A DNA stretch of 63,769 nt, counting the filler, from Phoronis australis (taxonomy: Eukaryota > Animalia > Phoronida): NCBI GenBank assembly GCA_002633005.1. It is 12 parts of 12 records of this genome, joined end to end, with 100 filler letters (N's around TTAATTAATTAA, not from the genome) between each part and the next. Parts side by side here need not be neighbours in the genome. Positions count along the whole stretch, not along the records: positions 9,267 to 11,947 come from NMRA01003500.1; positions 12,048 to 25,717 come from NMRA01000700.1; 10 more parts are not named here. One strand, given 5' to 3'. Shown here piece by piece: positions 11,944 to 23,567 of this stretch. The notes under the pieces were generated by a model that was not told the DNA's origin, made no database searches, and worked only from the letters and a program-made list of their open reading frames with translations. The position numbers and the translations under genes were made by a program. How positions within the stretch are numbered: the first letter of the stretch is position 1; each line of letters begins with the position of its first letter.

Positions 11944-14552
11944 GTATNNNNNNNNNNNNNNNNNNNNNNNNNNNNNNNNNNNNNNNNNNNNTTAATTAAT
12001 TAANNNNNNNNNNNNNNNNNNNNNNNNNNNNNNNNNNNNNNNNNNNNAACCGCGGTTTGGAACCCGTATCCGGACGCGGCCTAGCCGCGTTCGATAGGAC
12101 GTTGGATTCGATCAGCACTGTATAATGTTCGAACAAAGATGAAATCCGGAGTATTACTGGACATCACTGACTGTCAAGTTCATTATCTCCCTCATTTGAC
12201 CATTTTCCTGCGCGGTTCAAGGCAGCCAAGCGTGAAAAGAAACATTTATCCCGTTGTAGTGTCAGCCAGCCTTCCTCCCGAAACTGCTCATCCGTCTTAA
12301 TCGCCTGTGAAGTTTTTGTGGGGTCTGCTTGGTTGCTCTACTTTCTGAAAAATGACAGGCAGTTTGTAACACTCTTGAATTATACACTTTTTGCAGAACT
12401 TTGCAGAGCCCAGCCACTACACAGGTGTGACTGCCGCTGAGTGATCCAATGTTTTTAGCTGAGATAATTCATTTGACCCATGGAGTGTAATATGTAAAAC
12501 GACCATAAGTACAACAAGAAAAAGCACTGTGGGTACTTGATTTATTTTTGCCAGTTTGATTGGATTCCTTTGGACATCAAATGAATATCATATCCGGACA
12601 TCAAATGAATATCATATCCAGACAACAAATGTCAACATAGTGGTACTCATAAAACATAACGACACGCTGATTTCCAGAATTAGAATGATTCACTGACAGC
12701 TGAAGTGAAAAGAAATTCCGGCATGCAGGTTGTCAGTTAAAATTGGAATTTATAATGCTATAACTACAGCATTTGTCAATATATGTATAGAAATAATACT
12801 TCCTGTAATGAACTAAAAAGAAGACGCATAACAACAATATCGGTTGTTGAAAAGTGAAAGTCAATGAGATATTGCATTTTCCGCTTGCAACAAGTACAGG
12901 CACTAGATGCACATAATCTCAGACTAAACTTACAGCTAACACAAGATGCTACTAGTAAGTGGACTGAATAGTTCTAGGCTAGCCTAGACTCCAACAACGG
13001 CGAAAGGGCAGGTATATCACTGATTTGCCCTTAGGAACACAAGACTTGTTTTAAAATCAGTTGTTTACTGTGATGCAGGTATAGGACTACTAAATTTCAC
13101 CAGTGGGTACAATAAAAAGCTATGTCTATACTACATGTTCAAAACCAAGTACTGTTGTTACATTTTTGTGGTACATGCATGGTCACACAGTTTGAGATCT
13201 TCCTGAAAGGAGGGATCAGTAACTTGCATTACAGGGTACTGTATTAGAATAACATCTGTTGTTTCTAGCGGTGCTAACTGGTTCTTGAATCATGTATCCA
13301 CAAAACTGACTATTACCGCCACAATGCTATCGTGATAACCTCAAATTCAAACAAAGCAGTAGTAGTACTCACCAGATCCAAGAGAAAAGAACACAAATGC
13401 ATTGACATTGTTGAGTTCCTGTGAAAGTAAGTTGACTGTAGACATTTCAACCAGCATCCCCACTTCAGGATTGGCACGCGAGCTACCACTATTGAAATGG
13501 GTGTTTGCAGAGTCTACATGGTTTCCACAGAACTCCAAGATCAGTCCGGTGTCTTGCCCTTGCCATGGACGCAGTCACACAGGCGTGACACGGGTCCGGT
13601 GAACACGTATTTGTAAATTGTCCCACTCTCGCCAAAATCAGTTGCCGCACAGTCTGTAGGTGCGGTAGTTTGCTACTCACTTTATGCCGCATCAAGATTT
13701 CGCACATGTGCAGAGGACATTCTTTTGAGGTTCCATACACTTCATCACACTCCATCATACTAGCAGATAACACAGCAAGTCAGGATCAACCATTTTGCCA
13801 CCACTAAAGTGACACCTGTTGTTGGACACTGGGTTAACGAAAAACGTGGAATTTTAATTAAAAAGGAAAAATACCTTAAACAATTGCGCCTGACTTAATG
13901 ACACTTAACTAAATATTAATAAATCAACTTTTGAATCAAAACTATTTACTTTACTGGTGTTGTAAAGTCCCAAACAGGTATCGGTATTGAAGGTAATTTC
14001 TACTCAGGTGGTTATCGCAATCTTGCAATATGTATAGAAAAATGCTCAGCGCCAGAAAATTTTATTGTATTAATCAACAGCAATAAGATAAGACGTCTTG
14101 TGTGAAAGTCTGGTGTTGATCAGTGTTGCGCCAGCTGAGATATACGGGCTCAAAATGTGGCGAAATTGCAATGCCTTGTTAACCTCTGACCCCTGTATAA
14201 TTTATGCCTGAAATTTTTGACTTAGCGGCACAGTTAATGCGTATTGTTTAACATCTCTGTAAAGCCGAAGACTTGCTTTATTTTAAAATCACAAACAAAT
14301 AATGATCTCGTGCGCCGATATTTTTTATTGTGCAGTGCAAATAAGGCATTTTCGGCGAGTTCATTGCATAGCATACCCCCAAAATAGAGGCTCCCTGATT
14401 TCTCCCCCTTAAACAAGGTAAAATGAGATTGGACTTTACTGTTTTGTTTATCATCCCAAAGGTAACTAAAATGCATATTATGGTTCAAATCGGTGACATT
14501 GGGTTTATCACCCATCTGGGCATTTTTGCCTGCTGTGAGCCGTACTTCACTC

Positions 14553-15585
14553 TTAAGTAGAGTTATGGGGCGATAGTTGGCAATGTCTGTTTTGGAGTTC
14601 TTTTTGTGTATTGGTATCATAACGCCAAGCTTCCAGTTCAAAGGAAATTTTCCAGATTGTAGTATTTTGTTGTATACTGTTGTCAGAGGAAGTGTAAGCT
14701 CTCTTGCTATTATCTTGATCATTTTATTGGTTATGAGATTGGTACCGTCGTTTTTGTTTTCGTCAATGTTTTCTAGTAGTTTTCTGACTTCAGATGGTTG
14801 GGCCTCTATGTAAGAGAGGTGTTCTAATGTTCTGTTTGGGAAATCTGGATAGTTTATTGTTGGTGCATTGTGACTCTTGGCAGTGAAGTAGTCTAGAAAT
14901 AAAATAATTTATCGGCTTTGGATGACGCCTGAGAGTTGGATTCTTTTGAGTGGATGGTGGGGTATGATGATTGCTTTACCTGTCCTCGAATTTTGTTTAC
15001 TATATCCCAATATTCCTTAGAATTTTTGGAGACATTTTTGATATTGGAGATAACTTTCATCTTATAGTCTTGTTTTGTCTTTTTAATTAGTTCTTCCACA
15101 CTCTTGCACTGTTCTTTGTAGCGCTTGAACGTGCATGGGTTATTTGATCTTCTGAACGATCTGTACAGTTTATTTCTTTTATTTATTTCAGACTTAATGT
15201 TATTGTTAAACCACGGTTTGTTCTTGTTTTTTATTGTTTTCATGGTTGATGGGATATTATTATCTAATATGTTGTAGAGTGACTGTGTGAATATTGCGTC
15301 ATTTATGTCACTTTTGTTAAGTATTTCAGTCCAGTTGAATGTGGTTATGTCAGAGTGCAGTTTGTCCATGTTAATGAGGTTGTAATTCCAGATCTTCTTC
15401 ATAATGTCTGGTTCTTTAGGTGCGCAGTTGAGTGTGAATGTTGTTTCTATAACGTGGTGGTCTGAGTTACCAATGGGAGGCCTTACAGAAGTGGATTCAA
15501 TTAATCCGAGATTGTTTGTTATACATAAGTCAAGGCAAGAATGTGAGTACTCTGTTAAATGTGTCGGCTCGTTTATTAGTTGTAT
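14553..15585 (-). mobile_element. CR1-group LINE ORF2, middle part (end of APE to start of RT), degenerate and truncated
   Basis: Minus strand encodes QLINEPT, KPWFNNNIKSEI and NWKLGVMIPIHKKNSKTDIANYRPITLL. Frames are broken and similarity ends at TTAA 14553-14556. Confidence 0.9.
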
Positions 15586-15743
15586 TCACCTATTTCACGA
15601 AAGCGCCATCTTCCCGCGCCATCTTTAAATACTGATCGAAAACGAGGCACACTGATAAAACCTCGTGAGCGGTCATCAGCTGGCCTTGATGGTGTAATGT
15701 GCAGTGCCTGAACGTACCAATTCCAACTCGTCGGTATCCTTCC

Positions 15744-17413
15744 CAGGGATATACTTAACCAAAATGGTGCTGGGCGAGTAGAAGTTGACTTGCCGGTCGC
15801 CCAGGTGGCGAGCAAATTTCAAAGCGCAAAAGCACTATATATCGTAATTCCCAGATGAATATGAATAATTTTCCTCCTCCTTGTGCTGTTTTTATCATGA
15901 ATTTAAGGTTCAGCTTGGTCATCGTGTCGATGCTCCGGCAGTAAAAAACATCGGCGCAATGCGATCCTACCGATTCAGTACATGTCATCCGTTACGCGAC
16001 TCGTCAAAAAAATCACAGTGTGTGGTCGTGTAGGCCGAAACGAAGAAAAGGGGAGAAAGGTGGACGACCGGTCCATGTGCTCATAGCAAATGAAATACCA
16101 TATTTCTTGGAACTGATTCCTTTTTGTAATGTACAATGTCATTTTAGCCAAAATTATTTTTATAACATAAGCGCAAAATTATTTTTATAACATAAGCGCC
16201 CATGCCCCTATAAGCGTCCCCACTCGTTTCCAGACTTCGCTAAAATAAGCGCCCAGTCCATGAATGTGTATATATTTGTGCGAAAAATGTCTTACCTCAC
16301 AGTTCTAAAATTCTCCAGTAATGTATTCAATTTATCAATAATATCCGACAGTCCTGAAAAATCATAGTGCACGGAATTTCTAGTAGACCACGAAGCCTCG
16401 CTCGTCGGTATTTAGCCGTGGCTGTACACTTCAAACCGTTCCGCAGTGCTTCAAAAAGAACGCAAAAGATTTGCTGATCTTGTGAGGAAAATGTCACACT
16501 ACATGGTCTGGCCCTTCGAACAGACGCAGCGTACTGGTCAACGGGATTGGTGTTGTATTTTTCCTGTACAGATTTTCTCCCACAACAGGAATCCAGATTG
16601 CTTTGTACACGTAAAATTATAAAACTTAACCGCGAATCGAAACTTGGCCAAGAAGTGCGCGCTAGAGCCTACATGTGGGCCTGCTCAATGAGATAAATAT
16701 AACTACATATACAGCTCATTGGGCCTGCTACTCTGGCAAATGAACACTGATGACACGCACGCGCTCGCTCATTCGGTGCACACCTGTTGACTCACTTCAA
16801 TACAAACGTCACGTGACAACATATGTGTTCGTCCAGATTTTTCTCGTTGCCGGGTGCGATCTAGCGCAGTTTGACTTAATCTGCGGTTACATCCCGACTC
16901 CGAGTCCACAGGAACTTAAGAATCTTAGGAAAGGCTATTTGGAAAACTTAAGGAGGATTTGAGGTAATTTGAGTCGAAACTATTTTTACTCAAGAATTCA
17001 AGTTGTCCTATCGACGATTGCGAAGCAGCGACGCATCAGTTGGCAAGTTTTCGCCCTGGGATTTCAGCACATTTTTTTTTTAAAGATTAACAACAGAGTT
17101 TGATAGCAATGCACCACAGTTTTGTAGAAAGTCTGTCATAGGTTACACATACGTCACAGCGGACCGGGTTTTAACCGCCCTACTACAAAAAGCGTCCCCC
17201 TGGGCGCTAATTATTAGGGCAAATACGGTAGCCCTAATAGATGGTGACATCAGTGCACGAAACGATGATTTTTATTTAAACTATTAGCAAGTTTGTCGTG
17301 ACTGGCGCCAACGGCCGGGTGACTGAACTTCGGGCGAGTAGATTTTCTGGCTTCGACACTCGCCCAGCTGGCGAGCAGGATTTTTCAAGACTAAAAGCCT
17401 GGGTAAATCCCTG
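15744..17413. mobile_element. hAT-like non-autonomous element nested in the AT-TSD element
   Basis: TIRs CAGGGATATAC / GTAAATCCCTG (10/11). Subterminal GGGCGAGTAGA...TCGCCCAG.TGGCGAGCA motifs occur at both ends. Flanks are CCTTCC / ACTTCC. Confidence 0.6.
16098..17228 (-). mobile_element. Second, inverted copy of the 743-2227 mariner/pogo-like family, nested in the hAT-like element
   Basis: 16195-16640 is the reverse complement of ~1810-2210 and 16780-17160 of ~890-1265. The right end is GGCAAATACGG-TA; the left boundary is approximate. Confidence 0.75.
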
Positions 17414-17651
17414 ACTTCCACACTTTTCCAAAAAAGGGAAAACTACGGAATAATGGCTGAGGAGGGTAAAAGTCTAGTCGCCGTGCATGTTGGTATGTTT
17501 TTGGAGACCGATTCAACATCAGACAACTTGATTTTTGGTAACGTTGATAAGTCTTTTGACCACGCCCCCTTGCAGGACGATGCCATGTTTGTCAAGGCGC
17601 CTCGTTTTCGATCAACACGACAGCAGCGCCCCGCGTTCGTGAAATAGGAGA

Positions 17652-18340
17652 ATACAGTCATTTGTGAGGAGAATATCGAATAATTCGAGACCGGCGTGGT
17701 TGTCATTGTCTTCTGAGTACCAAGTACTATTTCTTGCGTTGAAATCCCCGTTGATAACAATTGTTTTATTAGTTTGAGAGAGTTCTTGCAATTGTTCTGA
17801 AAAGGTTTTGAAATATGCTTTCCTTTCATGGGACGTCTGTGAGGGTGAGCGATAGAAAAAAACGTAATATACCTTTTTGTGGTTGACGTAAAGTTCAATC
17901 CAACAGTTACTCAATGATTGCATAATTTTATCATCAATTGTTTTGTAATTTACGGAGTTGTAGACAAACAAGATCAACCCCCTCCCGGCATTAGTGTGGT
18001 AGGCAATGTTGTATTCTGGAATAATAAGTGCACTGAGGTTGTCTTCGGACAGTGTTCCAGATTCACATATAGCAATGACCATGTAATTGTTGTCTGTAAT
18101 AACTTGCTTAAGAAAATCAAATCTTGAAAGATTGTTCGCCTTGATACTGTTGATATTAGTGAATAAGACCTTGAAGCTGGCTAAACCCTGAGTGCCTGGT
18201 CCTGGATTGACCTCTATGTCACCAGCAGTAAAAAGACTTTGCTCAATGATAACTCGGATATCACAACATGAGTTCTTCATTGTGCAGTAAACATTACGTA
18301 AGTGCTCAGTTCGGGGTCGTTTTCGTAGTAGAAGAGTGAG
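17652..18340 (-). mobile_element. CR1-group LINE ORF2 N-terminus (2A-like motif + APE endonuclease), copy 1
   Basis: AGDIEVNPGP followed by FTNINSI, AICES, YRSPSQ and GDFNAR. It continues into 15585 once the insertion is removed. Confidence 0.9.
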
Positions 18341-18744
18341 NNNNNNNNNNNNNNNNNNNNNNNNNNNNNNNNNNNNNNNNNNNNNNNNNNNNNNNNNNNN
18401 NNNNNNNNNNNNNNNNNNNNNNNNNNNNNNNNNNNNNNNNNNNNNNNNNNNNNNNNNNNNNNNNNNNNNNNNNNNNNNNNNNNNNNNNNNNNNNNNNNNN
18501 NNNNNNNNNNNNNNNNNNNNNNNNNNNNNNNNNNNNNNNNNNNNNNNNNNNNNNNNNNNNNNNNNNNNNNNNNNNNNNNNNNNNNNNNNNNNNNNNNNNN
18601 NNNNNNNNNNNNNNNNNNNNNNNNNNNNNNNNNNNNNNNNNNNNNNNNNNNNNNNNNNNNNNNNNNNNNNNNNNNNNNNNNNNNNNNNNNNNNNNNNNNN
18701 NNNNNNNNNNNNNNNNNNNNNNNNNNNNNNNNNNNNNNNNNNNN

Positions 18745-19602
18745 ACATAAATCAAGGCAAGAATGTGAATACTCTGTTAAACGTGTCGGCTCGTTTATTA
18801 GTTGTATACAGTCATTTGTGAGGAGAATATCGAATAATTCGAGACCGGCTTGGTTGTCATTGTCTTCAGAGTACCAAGTACTATTTCTTGCGTTGAAATC
18901 CCCGTTGATAACAATTGTTTTATTAGTTTGAGAGAGTTCTTGCAATTGTTCTGAAAAGGTTTTGAAATATGATTTCCTTTCATGGGACGTCTGTGAGGGT
19001 GAGCGATAGAAAAAAACGTAATATACCTTTTTGTGGTTGACGTAAAGTTCAATCCAACAGTTACTCATTGATTGTATAATTTTATCATCAATTGTTTTGT
19101 AATTTACGGAGTTGCGGACAAACAAGATCAACCCCCTCCCGGCGTTAGTGTGGTAGGCAATGTAGTATTCTGGAATAATAAGTGCACTGAGATTGTCTTC
19201 GGACAGTGTTCCAGATTCACATATAGCAATGACCATGTAATTGTTGTCTGTAATAACTTGCTTGAGAAGATCAAATCTTGAAAGATTGTTCGCCTTGATA
19301 CTGTTGATATTAGTGAATAAGACCTTGAAGCTGGGTAAACCCCGAGTGCCTGGTCCTGGATTGACCTCTATGTCACCAGCAGTCAAAAGGCTTTGCTCAA
19401 TGATAACTCGGATATCACAACATGAGTTCTTCATTGTGCAGTAAACATTACTTAAGTGCTCAGTTCGGGGTCGTTTTCGTAGTAGAAGAGTGAGGTCGAG
19501 CGTAATAGACGAAAAGCAGTTATGTATTTTTGTTTTCCAGACACCCAAACAATTATAATTATTATGTTTGTAGTTAAATACTGATAAATTCATACAGTTC
19601 AT
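18745..19602 (-). mobile_element. CR1-group LINE ORF2 N-terminus (2A-like motif + APE endonuclease), copy 2, open frame
   Basis: Open frame of ~285 aa up to the N gap, with DIEVNPGP (19351-19374) and the APE motifs through QLINEPTR...SCLDL. Confidence 0.92.
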
Positions 19603-21224
19603 AGTTAACGTGCTTGTCTAAAAAGAGAAAAAGAGGTATATACAAATGTGTGAATAGACTAAAAGTAATGAAGTAAGGACAAAAGCTATGAACACTAGGG
19701 TAGGCATGAAAATTCTCACCACCACTAATTTAATTACATTGAGTTAGGCTAAATCTTACAAATAGAAAACTGATGGATTAGTAACATTAACAAGTGAAAT
19801 GGATTGGCGTACTACGGATGTGATATTAGTTCAAATGGATGAGAGTCAACGGAGTAAACAATTTGTAAATATGTAGAACATTAATACTGTACTTTGGGAT
19901 GAAAATATATTGCCAATTAAGTTGTCTTATTACGCATGAAGCTGCCCGAGTGAAATAGAGCTCTGAGACAATACGATACTCGTTTGGCCGTTTTTAGCTT
20001 GAACGTTAGTGGTGATAAAAATTAAAACAGCTTCAAAAGCAAAGTTAACTCCTGAACTGATTCACACTTGATGGAAGTCTTGATTTGTAGATGAAAATGA
20101 ATCATTGAGGTAACATACATGTACATGTATCTGAATGACACAACTACAGTTGTCAAGTTCAGTGTAGTTTCAGAATCATGACACATGTGAGGCGTGAAAT
20201 ACTTTAAAAAATATTACTAACTTAGAGCTAACAACCTGCAGGGGTGCATGCAGAATCTGGGAATGAATCGACATTCACAGTGCCCGTTACAGCCATTTAT
20301 AGAAGTAAACGAAATCTAATAAACGTTATTTTTCGTAATTCTCCGCCTTTTTAACAAAAGAAAATCCTGCCGTCGTTTTGAAAACAGTGCAGTCTCGTGA
20401 CACGCGCATGTACGCGCCATTTCCCAAAACTTTGCGATGTCTCTCGAGAGTATTTTCTGAAATTGTTTTTTTTTTGGTATGATTAATAAAAACTTGTAAC
20501 GAAATGCTTAATCGACATTTATTGACACCCGCAATATTATGAAATCAAACAAAACTTTGGCTTACATGTAAGTATGAAATTGGCACAATAAATAAAATGC
20601 ATAAATTCCATAAATTGTTCTTTCCAGGAAGAACAAATATGTTAAAGGAAAGGGGAATGCTCAATATTGTGAAAGGACGTGGGGTGTATCACTGGACAAC
20701 AATCATTTGTCTTTCAAAAAAGATATTTTGTACAACAATGAGACAACTATCAACAAACTGATCGATAAGTGATTTTTTTGCAAAATTTGATACATGTTTT
20801 GTCCCCTTGTGTGGCAATATTTTATCATCATAGGCAGTGCACTGACTGGAAAAGCACATTGAGCCCTCAAAATACCCAAAACCTGAAGTTGATAGAATCT
20901 ACAAACTTACGTTTGAGGTGTTTATTAAAGCTCGTGGTCCATTGTGTGGTGATGGAAAGTCTTAATTGACTTGAAGACATTGGCTATGATTTTGGTGCCC
21001 ATTCATGTTCTGTCATGTGATTGGAGGGGCCCAGCCCGAAGGCGACTGAAGAACAAAGATTTTTGTATTATGATAGGGAGCCTTACCAGTCAAAAAGCGG
21101 GCCAATTATGCAATTTTACAGGAAACCACGAGAAGATGTATGAACATTGGGACCTCCTGTAATAGTCAGGGACCGTGACCAAAGGTAGTCAAATAGTGGT
21201 GCCTCCAAACTAATGTTGGGTATC

Positions 21225-21695
21225 CTAATAATATAGCGCACTTTGCTCTTCGGCAGCCTATAGACTCTGTGGCCCCCTTCAAGTGGGCTGACTGTATTAA
21301 AATTGACGGCCTCGCTCGTCAGGCGAGGTCACTCATATTAATATAGGAAGCTTCGCCAGAAGACGACCGCAGAGTGGGTTCCATAGGAGTCCCCGGTCTC
21401 CAGTTGCCTTCCGGTTAGACCCCCTATATTAATATAGGGGCCTTGCTTTCCGGTCGCCTTTCAGCGAGGCCACCTATAATTGTACAGGCGGCCTCGCTGA
21501 AAGGCAGCCGGAGAGCGGGACCCTTTATATTATTATTATAGAGTGCCCCACTCTTTGACTGCCTTTCAACGAGACCTTCTATATTAATATAGAAAGGCCC
21601 CGCCCTCCGGCCGCCTTTCGGTGTGGCCGTCTATATTATTATAGGAGGCCTCGCCAAAAGACGGTCGGAGAGCGGGGCGCTCTATATTAATATAG
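21225..21695. repeat. Array of ~36-bp GC-rich units in mixed orientation separated by palindromic CTATATTAATATAG sites
   Basis: Exact or variant spacers at 21334, 21424, 21474, 21525, 21579, 21631 and 21682, plus a collapsed one at 21381. Units match GGCCCCGCTCTCCGGTCGCCTTTCAGCGAGGCC or its reverse complement. Confidence 0.85.
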
Positions 21696-23137
21696 GAGTG
21701 ACTGAGGACGCCAGACCCTGTTTTGCTTGTTCCTGGTTTATCCCTCTGACAATATTCTATGTGTTCTTGGTAACACCACGTCAGCTTTTGTCTTAAACTA
21801 AGTCCAAACTCACGTCGATGTGTAAAATATATAACAGCGCATTTCCATTGGTTTGCCAGTCCAACCTCCTATCTCCGGCAAGAATCAGCTGTAATTCCGA
21901 TATACTTTTAAACTTCTGTTGCTCTTAGCACGACCTTAGATGACTTCTGACGTCTTTAACACAGCTAATGAAGGCCCCATTTCCTCCGCGATCACACTTT
22001 AGAAAGTAACCAAAATTGACCAAACGTACAAGAAGGAAATTCCTCCATATTCCTTGCAGAGACAGGAAGTGCATGTAATCTCGAACCCTAAAATGCTATT
22101 GGTAAAGTTAAACAAAGAATGGAGTGTTTTAGAAAATTGGGGTCTCAAAAACGAAATTTGATTTTTTGTGATATTGCATTGTTGATATTACATAAATATT
22201 TTAGGTGTTATCTCTAAACTAAGAGTAGCCTCAATTCTCTTGTCAGTCAGAGAAAGGCCACATCACAAAAATTCCCGAATTCGAGGGCCACTTTTAAAAC
22301 TAAATAAATAAGAGACAAGTTTTTTTGAAAGCAATTATCAAAGTTTAATCATAGACGTGTCTACAAAGAGAATTTCAACTTAAAATATATTCCGATATAG
22401 CAGGCCGGTTAAGCAACATCTTGCCACTTGTGACTGGCCAGAAAAGTGGTCTCGGAGTTTTCTCCCCAGCTGGAAATTTAAGTGTACCTATGAGTTGCAA
22501 ATTTCATTTTCTTACTAACCTTACATGAGTCTTCATGACCATCAATGCCAAACTTTGTCACCAGTTTTCCAAGTCTGATTTTTTGCCGTTCAAAAAATGC
22601 AGTTTTACTGACATGAAAAAATGCGAAAAATGACTTTATAGCCAAATTGGTCATATCTTGGCAACCAAGGGTCATTGAGAGCAAACATTGCAGCAGTGTA
22701 CTTTGGGCCAGCATCCCAACACATGTACAAAGTATTAGTTCTGTTTGAATTTTTGAGTACATAGTGATTTTTCATTTCCATATGTTTTTTATATGGAATC
22801 ACTCTTAACATGCAAGTACTATGCCATTGCTGGCCCTCTCCTGTCTTCTGTATTGGCCCAATGATATAGGCCAAAACTGGCCCGATAACACTGGTGCCAG
22901 TAAAGCGCCAGTAACAGGCCATTACTGGGCCAATACACCAAAAACCGGTTTCGGCCGTATAAAGGACCAGTATTGACAGACTGAACAGGACCGTTGATGG
23001 GCTCATATTAACCCGGTTTACAAAATTACATGTTTATTGGCGAAAGTGCAGTGGTGGGCCAGTACAGTGCCAGTATTGGTTGGACCGTTAATGTTGACAT
23101 TACAGATCCAATGCTGGAAAATTACTGTTTGTGGGTA

Positions 23138-23567
23138 TACAAACTTCGTTAAACACGACTAGCCTTTTGTTAGCAAACTTGATACTGGTACATGTACGTT
23201 CGTAATTTCGGAACATTCTCCTTTGTTTTGGTGTACAGGTATGAAGTAGCAAACCGAGAGATATAACAAACAAACAAAAATAGTATTGCTATATTTCGCA
23301 ACTTCATATCACATCATCAGGCAGTGAGTGGAATGAATACACACTGTTTATTTTGCTCTGTATATGTTCATTCAACTTATTCCCTAATGATGTGATGTGA
23401 AGTCACGAAATATAGCAACTGTTTTTGTTTATTTGTTCCTTGTGTCTCTCTGTTTTTTACTTCGTACTTGCATACCAGAAGAAAAAAAACTGTTCCGAAA
23501 TTACGAACGTACCAGTATCAACCTTGCTAACTAAAATTCTAGTCATGTCTTTAACGAAGTTCGTGTA
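23138..23567. mobile_element. Fold-back MITE, ~430-bp imperfect palindrome
   Basis: 23138-23216 is the reverse complement of 23491-23567. Inner arms ~23270-23320 and ~23382-23435 are also complementary. Confidence 0.8.

Larger units (their letters stand above)
15586..17651. mobile_element. Non-autonomous DNA transposon with a 2-bp AT target duplication (ISL2EU-like), inserted in the LINE
   Basis: TIRs TCACCTATTTCACGAA / TTCGTGAAATAGGAGA (15/16), AT on both sides. The uninterrupted site TTGTATACAGTC is visible at ~18802-18813. Confidence 0.75.

Noticed and set aside
13347-13800. Cys-rich ORFs as a transposase or exon
   Set aside because: No recognisable motif, and stops interrupt every frame.
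18306-18821. Long ORFs spanning the N gap
   Set aside because: They are artefacts of translating Ns.
21225-21695. CRISPR array
   Set aside because: The context is eukaryotic with no cas genes, the conserved repeat is only 14 bp, and the intervening sequences are homologous to each other.
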